Below, one piece after another: positions 37,301 through 50,654 of a stretch of 64,000 nt of DNA (position 1 is the first letter of the stretch; the number at the start of each line of letters is the position of its first letter). The position numbers and the translations under genes were made by a program. Under the pieces are notes generated by a model, which made no database searches, was not told the DNA's origin, and worked only from the letters and a program-made list of their open reading frames with translations. This DNA is from Lobosporangium transversale (taxonomy: Eukaryota): assembly GCF_002105155.1 (NCBI RefSeq), contig NW_019029023.1, forward strand, positions 186,001-250,000, in the 5' to 3' direction.

Positions 37301-40300
37301 TCTTGGATCTGGTTGATAAGTACTGGTACGACACCCGCTAATATAGCACCAAAAAATGCAGCGACAAACTCATGGATTTCTGAGAGGCGGAACACAAGCG
37401 CTACTCTTGCTCCTGGATCAAGCTGAGTTTTATCGTGAATTGCTTTGGCGACCATTTCTGCTCTTCCAAGTGTGAATGACCAATCCCAAGAAGCACATTC
37501 GATGCCTTTACCATCCAAACTTGCAAATGCATTATTCTCAGGAGTGTGTTGGCCCCAATGACGCAGGGCTTCTCCAATGTGTTTAAACTGAAGACAAGGG
37601 TCGAGGGTATCCAATTCTAGCGGGCGGGGGCCTAAAGGAAGCTGTTGTTTCCCTATCAGCGCTGGAACATCTATGGAGTTGATATCCGCCTTAGAAGGAA
37701 GGATTGGTCGGCTTTGAGGCAACCATGGAATTTGGTATCCTGAGCCTAGACTGAATGGTGATGGCGTTACAAGTGGTGCTGCCTGCGGCAATGGTAATGG
37801 TGTCGGTGTAAAATCTGCTCCTGCACTCATGTCTATGTAAGCAAACCACATCCGAAATAATAATAATGATAATAATAATAGTAGTAGTAGTAATGGTGCG
37901 TTAGTGAAAATTGAGGTAGCTAGCGTATCCCTTAGAAGATAAACAACGTATCGCATTCATATTCTAGGCTGCATACCGCCACGTCGAGCATGTCCATATT
38001 CATGGCTAGGTCTCTCCATTGATGAGCTGTGCAAGTGAAAATCCCTTAGACTTGAAACACTTCGATTGCCTTGGTGATGAACACTAGGACGTCCATGTCT
38101 GTGTGCCGCTGTCAATGTGCTTTGCTCAGTAGATGCAAGTGTTGAGTGAGCGCCGGTTATTGGTGGATATGATACAGGATATAAGGATGAAGAAGTAATT
38201 TCCGCAGCAGTTGATGCAGTTGATGCAGTTGGCGGAGGCATAGCAACGGTTGGGTTTTGAGATGATGTGTCAACAGTCGATGATGCCTGAGGCGTTGGAG
38301 GTCGCAACTCCGGTGTACTCTTTTGCTTCAGTCGGATGTCCTATTTGAGAATGAGCAGTAGCTTTTGATGAGTTTCTTGAAAAAAAAGACAGCATGTCAA
38401 TATTTTGCTTGTCAAATTGCTGTAAATACCTCTGTCATAATCTGATTTGATTCAAAAGGCGATTGGATCAACGTAGCTACTTTGGGTGAACCTCCTACAT
38501 GAGCAACATTGATCCTTGAGCCAGAACTGATCGGTGGGACCGTCATTGGAGATTGGTCAAGAGCATCTTTTGGTTGCATGGCGCTTGCTAGGGTTGTTGC
38601 CACAGCCATGCTGACTGGCAACGTAGCGTCGAAATTAACGCCTGATAATCCAGACAATGCTTCTAGAGCCCATAATTCAGTAGATTCAACCGCTGGAGAT
38701 TCTTCCAATTTTTTACCTCCGACTTCAGTTCCTGTTGCTGCATCCTGAATAGGCGCAGTGGGTGTGCCCGATGCAGTAGGCGTGACAGATGCAGTAGGCG
38801 TAATGGGCGCAACAGGAGTGACAACAACAGAGAGTGCGATGGGCGTTGTAGTTGGAGTAGCGGATTCTATCACAGGGCCTGGCTCCTTAACCTCTGTAGA
38901 AGCTGTTGTCTCTTTTAATGATTCAGTATGGGTGGTCGCTTCCCTGGCAGCTATAATGACATCCCGTGCTTTCTTATTAGGCTTTGAGTTCTCCTTAGAG
39001 GGATTTGCTTTATATTGAGTGACTGGGGTATATTGGATTGGCGCGGGATAATTTGGTATGCTGCTGGGATGTTGGTCTCTTGAGGCTGATGAGGTAGGCA
39101 CTGCTGTTAGCGAGGAGGATGACCCCTGAGCAGCAAGGGGTTTGGCGTTGAGGGCTCCATGAGAGTTTGATCCTGACCTTTCTTCTTGGCCCGATGCATG
39201 CTGTGCGAGACTATGACGATAACTTCTGGTTGCAGTTCCTGAGTCACGCGAATTAAGTTGCGATTGCCTTGTATCAGCTACTGGCGGAGAAACTATGTGA
39301 CATCGTGATGCTGGTGATGATGCCGCAGCGATAGGAGGGATTGGGATGGGTATTGGTGGATGCGCTACGTATACTGGTTGCTGTCCAGCCGCCAAAACTG
39401 CTGAAACAGCCTGCTGCTGTTGGTGAGGCTGTATATGAAGATGGGGTTGATGTAATATAGGAGCAGGTACCAAATTAGGCTGTGATTGAGGTTGAGGTTG
39501 AGGTTGAGGTTGAGGTTGAGGTTGAGGTTGGGGCTGCTTTTTAATTGACGAACTATCAGTTGGTGGAGGTACTGTTGGCTGTGATGAGCTTGATGGCTTC
39601 CCAAGCTGATCAGGATTGAAAGGAGCGAAAAGGAGAAGTTGTGATTTTGCATTGTTGGCCAAAGCTGTTGAAGGGAAAACTTCCTCTCTATCAAATTGGT
39701 CATCGTAATGGAAAGCCGGAGCAGTATGCTCAATTGTGGCTGGCCGATCAAAGAGCTCCTCAGCTGTCTGATATTCCCTTCCCGAAGATCCAGGTGATAC
39801 TACTGAGGAATCCTTGACTTGAAGATTAGGGATGACTTGGGTTAGCGACTGCGCCAAGATACTAGGAGACGCCAACATACTATTCGAACGAGCTAGTAAT
39901 TGAGCATCACTGAGTCCCTTGCCGAGTCGTCTCTGAAGGATCCGTGCCCATTCGTGGTTAGGCGATGTGTATGATGCTGTCGGCTCTGATGATTCCTCCT
40001 CATTAATGCTAGGTAATGTGTCGGGCATCAAGGCTGTCCCTGGGAGTATGTCGGGTAAAGTAGACGTTAAATCCAAAGGCTTATTTGAGATAATGCCGTC
40101 TGTCCGATCATCAACGGACAAGTCAGAAGTCTGGTTGTTCATATGCTTATTGATATCCTTTATCGTGTTCCGATCCTCATCCAATGCTGCTTCTTTCGGC
40201 TCCTGGGGCCTTTTGGCGTCATTGTCATCATCTGCACCTGGAGAACTAGCCAAGTCGCTGATATGGGAGCGTTCCTGGATATCGGATGCAATCTCAGCGT

Positions 40301-40745
40301 CCTCGAACGGTGTATCCACTAAAGACTGTTTCAAGGCATCCAGACCGCCACTTGAAGTGGGCTGTGTATCGTCGGCAACAAGCCTATCTGCTACAAATGA
40401 TTGCTCTCCTTGAGGCAATGGATTCCCTGAGGCTGTGATTTTTTCTGCAGGTGTCTGAGGATCTGCGGATTGCTGTTGGGTCGCATCAGCATTAGCAGTA
40501 TGGGTGGGTGAATTGGCTGTTTGCAATATGGCTGTTGTATCTTCGTGGGCTGGTTTTTTGTTTATATTTATATTCGCGAGTGTGGATGTGGCGGTGGCAC
40601 CAGGCACAGCCCCAACAGGGGTATTAGAGCTAAGCTGAGTGTTATTCAAAGCTGAGGCCATTGCATCTAGAGCCGAGGCAGCAGTGATGGCATTCGCGTT
40701 TGATGAGGATGTAGCGTGCGAGCCAGCAATGTCAACTGAAGACAT
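31400..40745 (-). CDS. DIP2/Cmr2/CPS1-like protein with two AMP-binding (FAAL-like) modules and a very long disordered N-terminus
   Basis: Module 1: EALRHWG, GARVALVFRLSEIHEFVAAFFGAILAGVVPV, IAYIEFTKSASGELKGVTISH, LPDVVGEIWLSSP. Module 2: DILMWR, LKAGDHVLL, HACWVLGLIPIPL, IYSHPLNPMVT, VGEIWICS, YVRTGDIGFL, GLLHFATDIETTVE. The terminal exons were checked to splice in frame. Confidence 0.85.
39487..39530. repeat. (TGAGGT)n hexamer repeat encoding poly-(QP) in the DIP2-like protein
   Basis: Read directly; translates as QPQPQPQPQP on the minus strand. Confidence 0.95.
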
Positions 40746-42905
40746 TTAGCATTCAGAACCAGCCAAGGAATCAGTGGATCAAGAAAAGAGTGATAAGAGC
40801 CTGTTTTCTCTCTGGCGGTGAGAATGTGTATAGAGTATGAAAATGAGGAGAAGATGGCAAGAATTGAGTGGCGAAAGGAAAAAGATGAAAGGATGGAGGG
40901 GAAGGAAGAAGGACAGAAGAGGAAAGAGATGGATGAGAGAGTGTATGTGCGAAAGAGAGAGAGAAGGCGGGAAAGTAAGATGAGAGATGGTGCTGCGTCC
41001 TCAGAACCTGAGTAGTGAGCAGTAGAGCAATCAAAGTAAGATGTAAAATATAAAATGTGCTTGTGCAAGGACAAATAAGCATTTTTTTCTGTGACAAATT
41101 TTATTTTATTGTAAAAGCCAAAAGGGCTTATTAGTGATTCTACATTTTGCTGAAACACAAGGACTCTCTCTACACCTTCATGTCATGCTCTTGCGCTGAT
41201 TTCACTCCCAAAACATGTACATGTACATATATACAATAAAATCTATCTGATGTGCTCAGATACCTTCATTAATAATTTATCCCGCTCTTTTACCTCCTGT
41301 TCATTGTTGTCAACCAAGCTTGGGTCATCTCTATCCGTGAGCCATTGAGAAGATTTTTCTCGGAACGCAACTCTCAGCGAAATCTACCTCATTACCTTAC
41401 TACCTTGCCAGCCTTACTTTAGCTTTTTTTTTTTTTTTAAATGTGTGCACAACATAAACAAGGTGTCAATAACCTAGACGCGTGCTTCGTGTCTACATAC
41501 AGCATACGGAGATAACAAAGGCTTGGTGAGCTGCAAGACCTCTTAATTCTTTTCTTGGACGTCCGATATCCAAAGGCGATTAAAGCAGGTCCTTGCTTGT
41601 TTATGATCTCACATGAAGGTCAATGCTCTATCAAATTAGGCACGATAACGGTTTATTTTCAGCAAAGTCGTAGAGAGAACCACAACTGTTTCGCTGTCTA
41701 TCCAATACTTAGGAGGAGTGAAGGGGCCGACAACGCTACGCTGTCCAGTTCGCGCATGTATATTTCTTTGGATGGGTGGAGATGATCTTCTGATTTTTTT
41801 TTAATTTTTTTTTTTCACTCGTCGTCCACGGAAAGCGTCATTACACCTTACGGTCAATTAATGGAATAAAACGTTAAAGGCCGCGGCACATCCATCAGGA
41901 ACTTGGTATTGAACCTCCGTTAATTGACTTTATAACTGATCTTCAATATTCCTCGGTCTTTCTCGGGCGTTTCGGTGCGCCCTAATAATCTTGTAAATAA
42001 TTTGCAACCTACCACATCCACACAATTCCATAAAAGGTTCCATGCTTTTTGCGATATCAACTACAGTGGTACGTCCGAAAGCAATAATGACTTGTCCAAT
42101 ATCCAGCAATGGCTATGAATTAGCTAATGTCTCTCTTGGATAATGTCCTGGATACTGTCGTGAGGCGATTAAACATGGATGGTCCCATGACACACAAGTA
42201 CCCTTCAAAATCGTGGTATAGTAATCCCCCCTTTCAACTGGTCCTTTTTCTCTCGATTTCTGGATCCGATCCTTCAGTAGATCCTCTACTAGATCAGTGA
42301 CATGCGACATGTCTTTTGCTACAAAACCTCAATGGGCTTTATAGGCTTTCATCATGCTTTTATATGATTGGCATTCATTGAGGTGGAGTTGTAATTGTGC
42401 TTGATGATGTATCACTTCATCTGCCACAAAAATCTGTTTCAAATTTTTATGAGTACAAAATGCTTGTCACACCATCTAGCAAGTATGATTGAAAGAGGCT
42501 GGAATGATCATTCATTGATTGGTTTATCTCGCATTTTTCTGAACCTGTATGGTATGGAAAGCAAAAGTTCATTGACAACATGGCATTAATTGATCCGCTT
42601 CATCAATTACTCCATGGTTTGCCGTAACTCTTACCGAGGTTTACTGAACCCCCTCTGGGTATAATGTTATTGGAATCTTCAATATGCTCGAATAAGTCCA
42701 AAGACACAAGAGGTTCATCGATTGGAATGAGTGGAACGTATGAAATGGGAATGAAGCATGAGTGCATCATAAAAAAATAAGGGTATAAATGAGTTCGAAA
42801 TGAACGCCAATAATCTCTACTCGACATAAACTTGAAGGGCGAATCAACTTTCTTAAGTAACTGTAACAGAGAGGATCCTATTACCAGCTATTGAGGAAAA
42901 CCTTT

Positions 42906-45232
42906 TTATTTGCAAATCGAAGAAGATCTAGCCACATCCAAGACGTGTTGGTGGATATTCCTTTTGCCAACATTCACTCCTATTTCGTCATTCAGGGTTG
43001 GGCTACAGTTGACAAACTCCTCTTCGTCTGAAGAATTGTAAGAGTTATCATGAATATCGGCTGTTGAAACCATAGTTGCTTTCGGTGTTGCTGTGAATAC
43101 ACCTTGATCATTATCCTTCTCCGTTGCTGCCACAGGCATGGCTGCTTTTTTTGCCAATGCTGGTGAATCCATGGCCGCGTCATCAGTAAAAGGTCCGCTT
43201 TCTTTCGAAGGAGAGTCTGGTCCTCTCATTGGCTGATTCAAAGAAGCCGGCGAATTATTCGTTGCAGATTGATCGGAAGTAGAACGTTTGACAACGATAG
43301 AACTCGACAAAGAAAATAATGGAATGTTAGGTGCGGACGGCATTGAGAATGTAGGTCTTGAGAATGAAGACCATGATGTACGCGAGCTGCGGGGGGATGA
43401 TGTCGTAGGGCTCATAGCAATGGGTGATATTGGGGATGTGCATGCATCTGTACTAGCGCTGCCTGCTTCATTACTGGGTGTGCTTCCGGGACGAGAATTA
43501 GGTAGAGCTTTTACAATGCCATGATCTTTTACAAAAGGAAGACACCAAAGTTGTGGCCGATCTTCGTTTCTCTTGTCATCTAATAGATAGCGATATTTCT
43601 CAGGCATGTAGTTGAAGACAATGTTTCGCTTGAGTGAAGCTGCTCGCCCCTAATCATTAATTAATAACTTTGTTAACATCGCTCACTACTGTTTGTAGTT
43701 GTTTAAAGATCATTGAATCCAAGTCCCCCTACCTTTCCTGTAAAGACCTGTCTCAAAAGACTACATTGTTCCACAGCCGCCTTTGCAGTTACAGATCGCC
43801 GCTCCTTGTAGGCTTGGAACGCAGCTGTTAGGCTCTCCATTGAATCCGACTCGATCGCTGATAAAAAGTTGATTAACGTTACTACATCCACAATAGCCTC
43901 ACTTACAGGTTGATAGAATCCCTTGTGACAGGCTGCCATTTTGCAAGAAAGTCAAAGTTTAGTCCATTTTATTTAGTATAAGAGAGTAAAAAAAAAAAAA
44001 AAAAAAAAAAAAAGTACTTGCCATCACCCACAAGAACTGTTCGTCCGCCATACCAGGTCTCACAGAAACGCTCCTCTGCCATGTTGAAATACATGTTTTC
44101 GGAATCAGTTGTGTCAATCAAGTCCCCAATTCGCCCTCCAAATGGACATTCAACCTCCTTAACAGCGTTCAGCGTCTCTTCAATGTCCTCAGGTCGCCAT
44201 TGATTCACTTTGAAGGCCTCGCCTTGCCGAATAGCAGTTTTATTTACCTCACAAGTGATATCCCAGGATATTCTATTATCAAGAAGGGGCACAAACCAGA
44301 TCTATAAGGAAAACCAAGTGCGAAGTAGAGGTCGTCTATCAATTGGATTTACTATGATTAAAGCTCTCTATAACGCTAATGCCAATTACTGCTATAACAC
44401 TTACGGTGTACGGCTTGTTTGGCAGTTGTATTGACTGAATTTCGCTCATGGCATCTAATAGCATTGGGTATTTCGTTGGATCAAGCGGTTTGGTACAACC
44501 AGAGATGATGTGCAGGTCGACAGACATTGGTGCAGCATCTGCCTTGGGTAACAGTTTCTTTTCGTCCAGGTTCCAATAGAGAGTATGCCGCACGTTACTG
44601 AAAGCACCATCGGCGGCAATGAGTATATCTCCCTCATATGTGGCTCCGTCTGAGCATCGTACTGTAACCTTTTCACTACTTTGGATCATTCCCAGCACTT
44701 TCCCTGCAACAATTCTTTTAGGAGGAATGCGTTGAAGCAGAAGTGCGTGGAGTTGTGACCTCGACATGACCTCTGTATGATAGCCGTATCTGATCGGATA
44801 AATCAAGAGAAGGTATAATTGATTTTAGTGATTCATTTACCAAAGGAGGGATAACTTAATGATTGTCCAAGTGGCCGTGGTAAATAACCAATATTACCTC
44901 TCGCGGTATGTGGTCATGTCGATCCGTCCCAGATAATTCATATTGTGTTCATTCATTGAAAATCCGCTCAAGGGTTTTGAAATTTTCTGAATCTCTTCGT
45001 AGATGCCTAGTTGATGCAGAAAGTGAAGGGCTGTCGGGCCAATCTGGACAGCACCTCCTACATGAACTGCCGTTGTCTGTGGGTTAGAATGATCTTCTTC
45101 AGAGCTTGAGCTAGGAGCAAGATCCTGCTCGAGCACGGTGTAATCGAATCCTGTGAGTTCAAGGGCAATTGCGGCAGCAAGTCCGGCAATGCCAAGTCCA
45201 GCAACGATGACTTTGAGGTCGGTTGTCGCCAT
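42906..45232 (-). CDS. FAD-dependent monooxygenase (FAD_binding_3 / aromatic hydroxylase type) with Ser/Pro-rich C-terminal extension
   Basis: VIVAGLGIAGL (GxGxxG), DILIAADGAFSNVR (DG motif), WYGGRTVLVGDACHK (GD motif, split by a GC-AG intron), AFQAYKERR; about 5 exons. Confidence 0.88.
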
Positions 45233-45894
45233 TATATTACTTCAGGGTAACGTCAAAGTATTAAGCTATTCTTTATTGGTGTTTTCTGCACTGTACTCGA
45301 GTAAAGGGATAGATAAAATGGCGTGAGTTATAAAAAAATAGAGGACAGAGGTTCCACTTTGCACTGGTGTTGAGAAGCAAAAGGAGAAGGGAAAAGCGTT
45401 TGTTCACACCTGTTACAGCGTGAAAGATAAAGGAGCTTGTCCCTGAAAATTGAAGGAGCGGAGTGATGAATGAAGCAAAGATGCAACGATGACAAAGACG
45501 AGATGAACGAATGAATGAACCACCCTTCTATTGCTATATATTCATACATTGTATGTGTAAACTGTGTATTCTGTTATTAATGTAATTGTGCGGGTCCACC
45601 AACAGAACAAAAACACAAATAAAAAAAATGAGAGCCGAGGTTGTGGAGAATGCATAAGCAGAAACAACGCCCTCGTGCAAATTTGCAGGGTTTTTGGCCC
45701 CGTTAAATCCATTCAACTCATTGGAGCCATTAAGACGTATCTATGTATATCGGATAACAGGCAACAAACAAAAAAGTAACAAAGATGAATCAACGTGGAT
45801 TAGATCTTCGTCAATGTTTCGCTGTGCGCTGTGTGAAGAAACGCGTCCCGAGTTTCATCCAGTTCAGATAAATTGGTCCTAATTGGCGCCATCA

Positions 45895-45931
45895 CCTGAC
45901 CTGACCTGACCTGACCTGACCTGACCTGACC
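45895..45931. repeat. (CCTGA)7 pentanucleotide tandem repeat in the divergent intergenic region
   Basis: Read directly from the sequence. Confidence 0.95.
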
Positions 45932-46262
45932 CTTCTTACTTCTCCTGACTTTGTTACACAGCACTTGCTCTTTCCTTACTCTTGCTTTTTTCTTTTTCGA
46001 CAATCGCTGTTTTCTACTACTTTCGGTCAAACGCAATAAAAAAAAGGCACATTCATCAGAACAGACTCAATAGACATTCTGACCACATTTGCGATTCTCA
46101 AGTAACAGAATTTCAAGCAGTTAAACATTCATACTTCTAATTCACCTTCCCCTTCCCCCTTTTCAGTTCAGCAAAGCACAGCACAAAAAACAAAAACAAA
46201 AAACAAATAAACAACTCAGTACAAGAGCCAAAACAGGATATTTCAATAATAACAATTTAACC

Positions 46263-49200
46263 ATGACATCACAATGGGCTATTGCAGAATGGGATTATGT
46301 TGCAACACATGAAGACGAACTTGTAAGGATACTAATTCTTTTTTTTTATTTTTTTTATTTTGTTTTGAAAGCTTTGGGGTTACAGCCAGGAACAATGGCA
46401 ATTTATGTTCTTACTGGTGATTTTTTCTCATGTACAATCTTACGAATTCATTAGTCTTTCCACACAGGAGACCACATCTTGATTCAGGATACATCGCATG
46501 AGGAATGGTATGTAGAGCTTGGTCAGGCGGCCTTCCTTTTCTCTCCAGCTCATGAGCACCAACCACCCCTGTTAAATTTTTTTGGTTTCATTTTCAAAGC
46601 GTGATATCTTCAAATGAACCTTTACTTGTCTTTAACTGATCTCAATTTTTTTCTTTTCTATCCTCGTTTACCATCGTCCACATTGTGATACGCCGCTTCA
46701 TAACAAAATATATAACCGATTAGGTGGGAAGGTATATAACCTGAAGATGAAATCTTCCTGCCGGATGTGAGCATTGTCCAGTCCGTGTCTGCACCTTCTT
46801 TTTGAAAATGAAGAGCTTCTGCTAATTATTCTTTGCATTTCTGAACAAAACATGCCCGACTTACAGGGGAATGTAATGGCCTATCAGGAGTCTTTCCTGC
46901 CAATCGATGCCGACTGTTGCCGGGTAATTACTCATCACGGCGTCCTTCCAGCTTGTGATCCCCCACTTTACCGCCATTTAACATATTGCTCATTGTATTA
47001 TTGATAGTCATGGTAGACGATAATAGACCATCGTTAGAACAATCGGTCCATTTTCAGGATCCACACCAAAACTTCGACGATAATGACGTCTTGGATATAC
47101 AAAACCAGCGCCACATCCACAGCGAGGCCGACGATTTTAATCATCAGGGTCACGACAAATATAATGAAATGCACCCATCAACAGTGCTCGATCCTCAGAC
47201 GAATTATATCAGCACCAGTCGGGCCCACTCCCCTCCACCAGAGCCCTCTGATGACGCGTCGGATGAAGAGCACGTTGTACTACCACCTAACTGGAGTGCT
47301 ACCACAAATGCACAGGGGCGACTTTATTATTATAACATGATAACAAAAGAGACTTCTTGGAAGCTACCCCTTGCCACTACGATAATAACCACTGCTGCAG
47401 GCTTGGGAAAAAACTCTGAAGAGGATGTAGATGACTATCAATACGACGATAATATGAGTGACGAGGATAATAATGTTGAAGTCTTTGCTCAGGACCAAAA
47501 ACAGGACTCTGATGACGAGCCACTGCCAGAGGGATGGAGCAGTGCATATGGTATGGACTCTAGACTCTCGATAATATTCAATATGATTCTAAGCGAAAAC
47601 TTGATGAGGAAACTGAGCTCTAATCTCTTTGCTCCTATCCCTTTATTTAGATGAGAGTGGAACACTCTATTTCTTTGATGCAAATACAGGAAGAGCCACA
47701 TGGGATCGACCACAGAAAGCTAGTATTCAAAAGCAACAAGCTAAATCTGGAGTCTCGTCGGAATCATCCACAGGGCCATCCACAAACACAGATCAGGTAA
47801 ATTTTTTGGTTCTTGTTGAATGGAGCTCCATTAAAAAATATTATGTGGTGCATGTTGATGAATTTTCCATTTATGAATGTAATTAGACCACGGGAACCCC
47901 TTCGCCATTAAAAGCAGTATTAAAACACCAATCTTCTATGGAGGAAAATATGCTCCAAAATCAGCTACTTAATTTGAGCTTGTCGGAAGAAGAGCTCCGT
48001 GTATTGGTAATATAAACCTATGCTGAATGTGTATTAAAATTAAAAGATGGTGTCTGATTTTTTTTGTCATTTTTTGCTCTTTGCTCCTATTTTAAAAAAT
48101 ATAGCAATTGAACCATTTGCCTCCTGAAAATATTCAGCGCAAAGGATCTCTTCGCGTAAAATCACAAAAGGTCACTACCAACGCTACTATCAGCTCATGG
48201 AAAGACTATTGGGTTGTAGTCTATATGGGATTTTTACTCTTATATCGTGATGAAAGTGGCACTATCAAACATGCGTACTCTATGAAACCCTCCGTAGAAT
48301 CGATGAACAAACTGCGACATGCAACTCAAGTTAAGCCTTCAGGATGCTTTGATGCAGATAAAGTGGCTGTGGAACTTCCTATGAGTGGACAGGCTTTTAC
48401 AAAGAAAAAGAACTTCTTCTGTATCACACCTGGAGCGAGCGTTCGCCTGTTGCTTCAGGATGTCTCAGGAGGCGATGTGAAGGCATGGGTCAAGGACATC
48501 AAGGCATCATTGACAAAGCGCAAAACAGATGAACAAACAGCAACTGAAGAACCATGTAAAGATTTTTTTCTTTCTTTTTTTTTTTCTTCTACACATTTGA
48601 ATTTGAATCCTCATTCATCCAATCGTATTTCTTTTGGATCTTTAGATTTAATGCAAATTTTAAAGCGTCAAACAGCCGCAGGTGGAGAAGGAATGTTAGG
48701 GTTAAAAATGAACAAAAAGATTGAAGAAAACGATCTCAGATCTAATAGCAGGAACCCGCTAATAGCAGACAAAGCCCGTGGGATACGTAATATGATGACT
48801 CAAGGTATACATGTACCTCGACGCAAATCAGCGCAGGACGAAAGGCTCAAATTACCTGTGGAAGAAGAAAATCATCATGAATCCTCAAATACTGGGCCGC
48901 ATCCTCGCTATCCGCTTGCAATATCAACTACTGGAACAGCGAATATGACAGGAAGCACGTCTTCAAATCGATCTCTCAGTAATCTTATAGGGAGCAGTCA
49001 TGATCAGAGCAAAGATTCGTCACCGGTAATATCAACTCCCAACAAGAAAGATCATGAAGCGATTCATGTTGATAGCCATCCTCATCATTCAGAAACAGGT
49101 TATGAGGTTGGGTCTCCTGCTAGCTATTCATCGTCCCATCATGGCACTAAAGGGAAGTTTTCCAATATGAGCCGCAATTTTTTCTCCAAAGACAAGGAAA

Positions 49201-49415
49201 AGGAAAGTAAAGAAAAGGAGCGGGAAGACAAAAAAGAAAAAGAGAGACATAAAGAGAAGAGTAAAGAGAAGAGCAGAGACAAATCTAGGGACAAAGAGTC
49301 AAGGAAGGAGCAGGCCAATACAAAGCCCGTTCAAGGTAATTGTTGAGCAATTTATCTGAGAGCAATGTCTGCAAAAAAATAATGCTATAGCTCCTTGTCT
49401 CCTTGTCTTTTCTTC

Positions 49416-49447
<32 letters not shown>

Positions 49448-49788
49448 AATCTATTAGATATAACACCAGTTTTTGGTGGAATGCTCACTGTTGAGCCAGG
49501 AATGACAGTCCCAAGGGTGGTGGAGCTGTGTATCAAGACGATTGAGGCGCGTGGGTTAGCTACAGCTGGTATCTATCGTGTTTCTGGTCACATGTCTTCC
49601 ATCCAGAACTTGAAGCGTGCTTTCAACGAAGGGTCTCCGGATGTGGAGAAGTTAATCGAGAAGGAACCCGACGTCAATACTATTGCTGCACTGCTTAAAC
49701 TATACTTCCGTGAATTGAAGGAACCGTTAATGCTCTTTGATTTTTACCCAAGCTTCATTGCTGCTGCAGGTAAAAATCACGTGACATG

Positions 49789-49819
<31 letters not shown>

Positions 49820-50466
49820 ATTTGTTTGAAATTTGTCTGATAAAGATCTTTTTGAACCTGCTACGCTTACTAGACATAAGCGAGTATAATGAGAAGCTTT
49901 ACACCATCAAATCATTGGTACACTCTCTTCCTACACCAAACTTTAACACGCTTCAGTATCTAATGATGCATCTTGGCCGAGTTCAAGACCAGTATCAGAC
50001 TACGAAAATGGATTCTGCAAATCTGGCAATATGTTTTGCACCTAACTTGCTCCGTCAAGAAGTGAATGATATCACCAGTATCATCCATACAGGAAAGCAG
50101 TCGAGCATTATAGATACATTAATTGAACAACGTGACTGGGTATTTGATCCCTATCCAGAAGAAGAGGGGGAACACCAAGAGGAGCAAGAGAATGTAACAA
50201 AAACTGAGGATGCGGAGGCAGGAGGCCATCCACTTGAACCCAAAGTCGAACAAGACCAGCAGGATCAGTCACACCCACATTATCATTCTCAGAGTGAGCA
50301 TGAGCAGCTATCGGGAAAAGAGCAAAAAGGTGTATCACGTACTCTGGATATTGCGGCCGCTGCTGGCTTGGCTCCTTTGCATGAAGATAGTGGGCTGCAT
50401 CACCCTTCAGAACAGCAAAATCGGCATGAAGATCAAGAAGGCAAAGGCTCTCTTGCTAGTTCATAA
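46263..50466 (+). CDS. Rho GTPase-activating protein, SH3-WW-WW-PH-RhoGAP (ARHGAP9/12/27-like architecture)
   Basis: Spliced SH3 (AIAEWDYVATHEDELSFHTGDHI...EEWWEGECNGLSGVFPAN), WW1 (LPPNWSATTNAQGRLYYYNMITKETSWKLP), WW2 (LPEGWSSAY|DESGTLYFFDANTGRATWDRP), PH (RKGSLRVK...WKDYWVVV...LLLYRD...AWVKDIK) and RhoGAP (VPRVVELCI..IEARGL..GIYRVSG, LLKLYFRELKEPL, KMDSANLAICFAPNL). Confidence 0.92.
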
Positions 50467-50509
50467 TACCATTCATTTATCTTGTTTATTTCTACCCTAA
50501 ATAGCATTG

Positions 50510-50540
<31 letters not shown>

Positions 50541-50654
50541 ATATTTCCATATCTACTATATTTCTTTCGTTAACAGCTCTAATGAAGACTTTTCAGTGTC
50601 TTAATCAATTACTGAATATAGTGATTTGTTCTACCTGAAGATTTTTTTTTTTTT

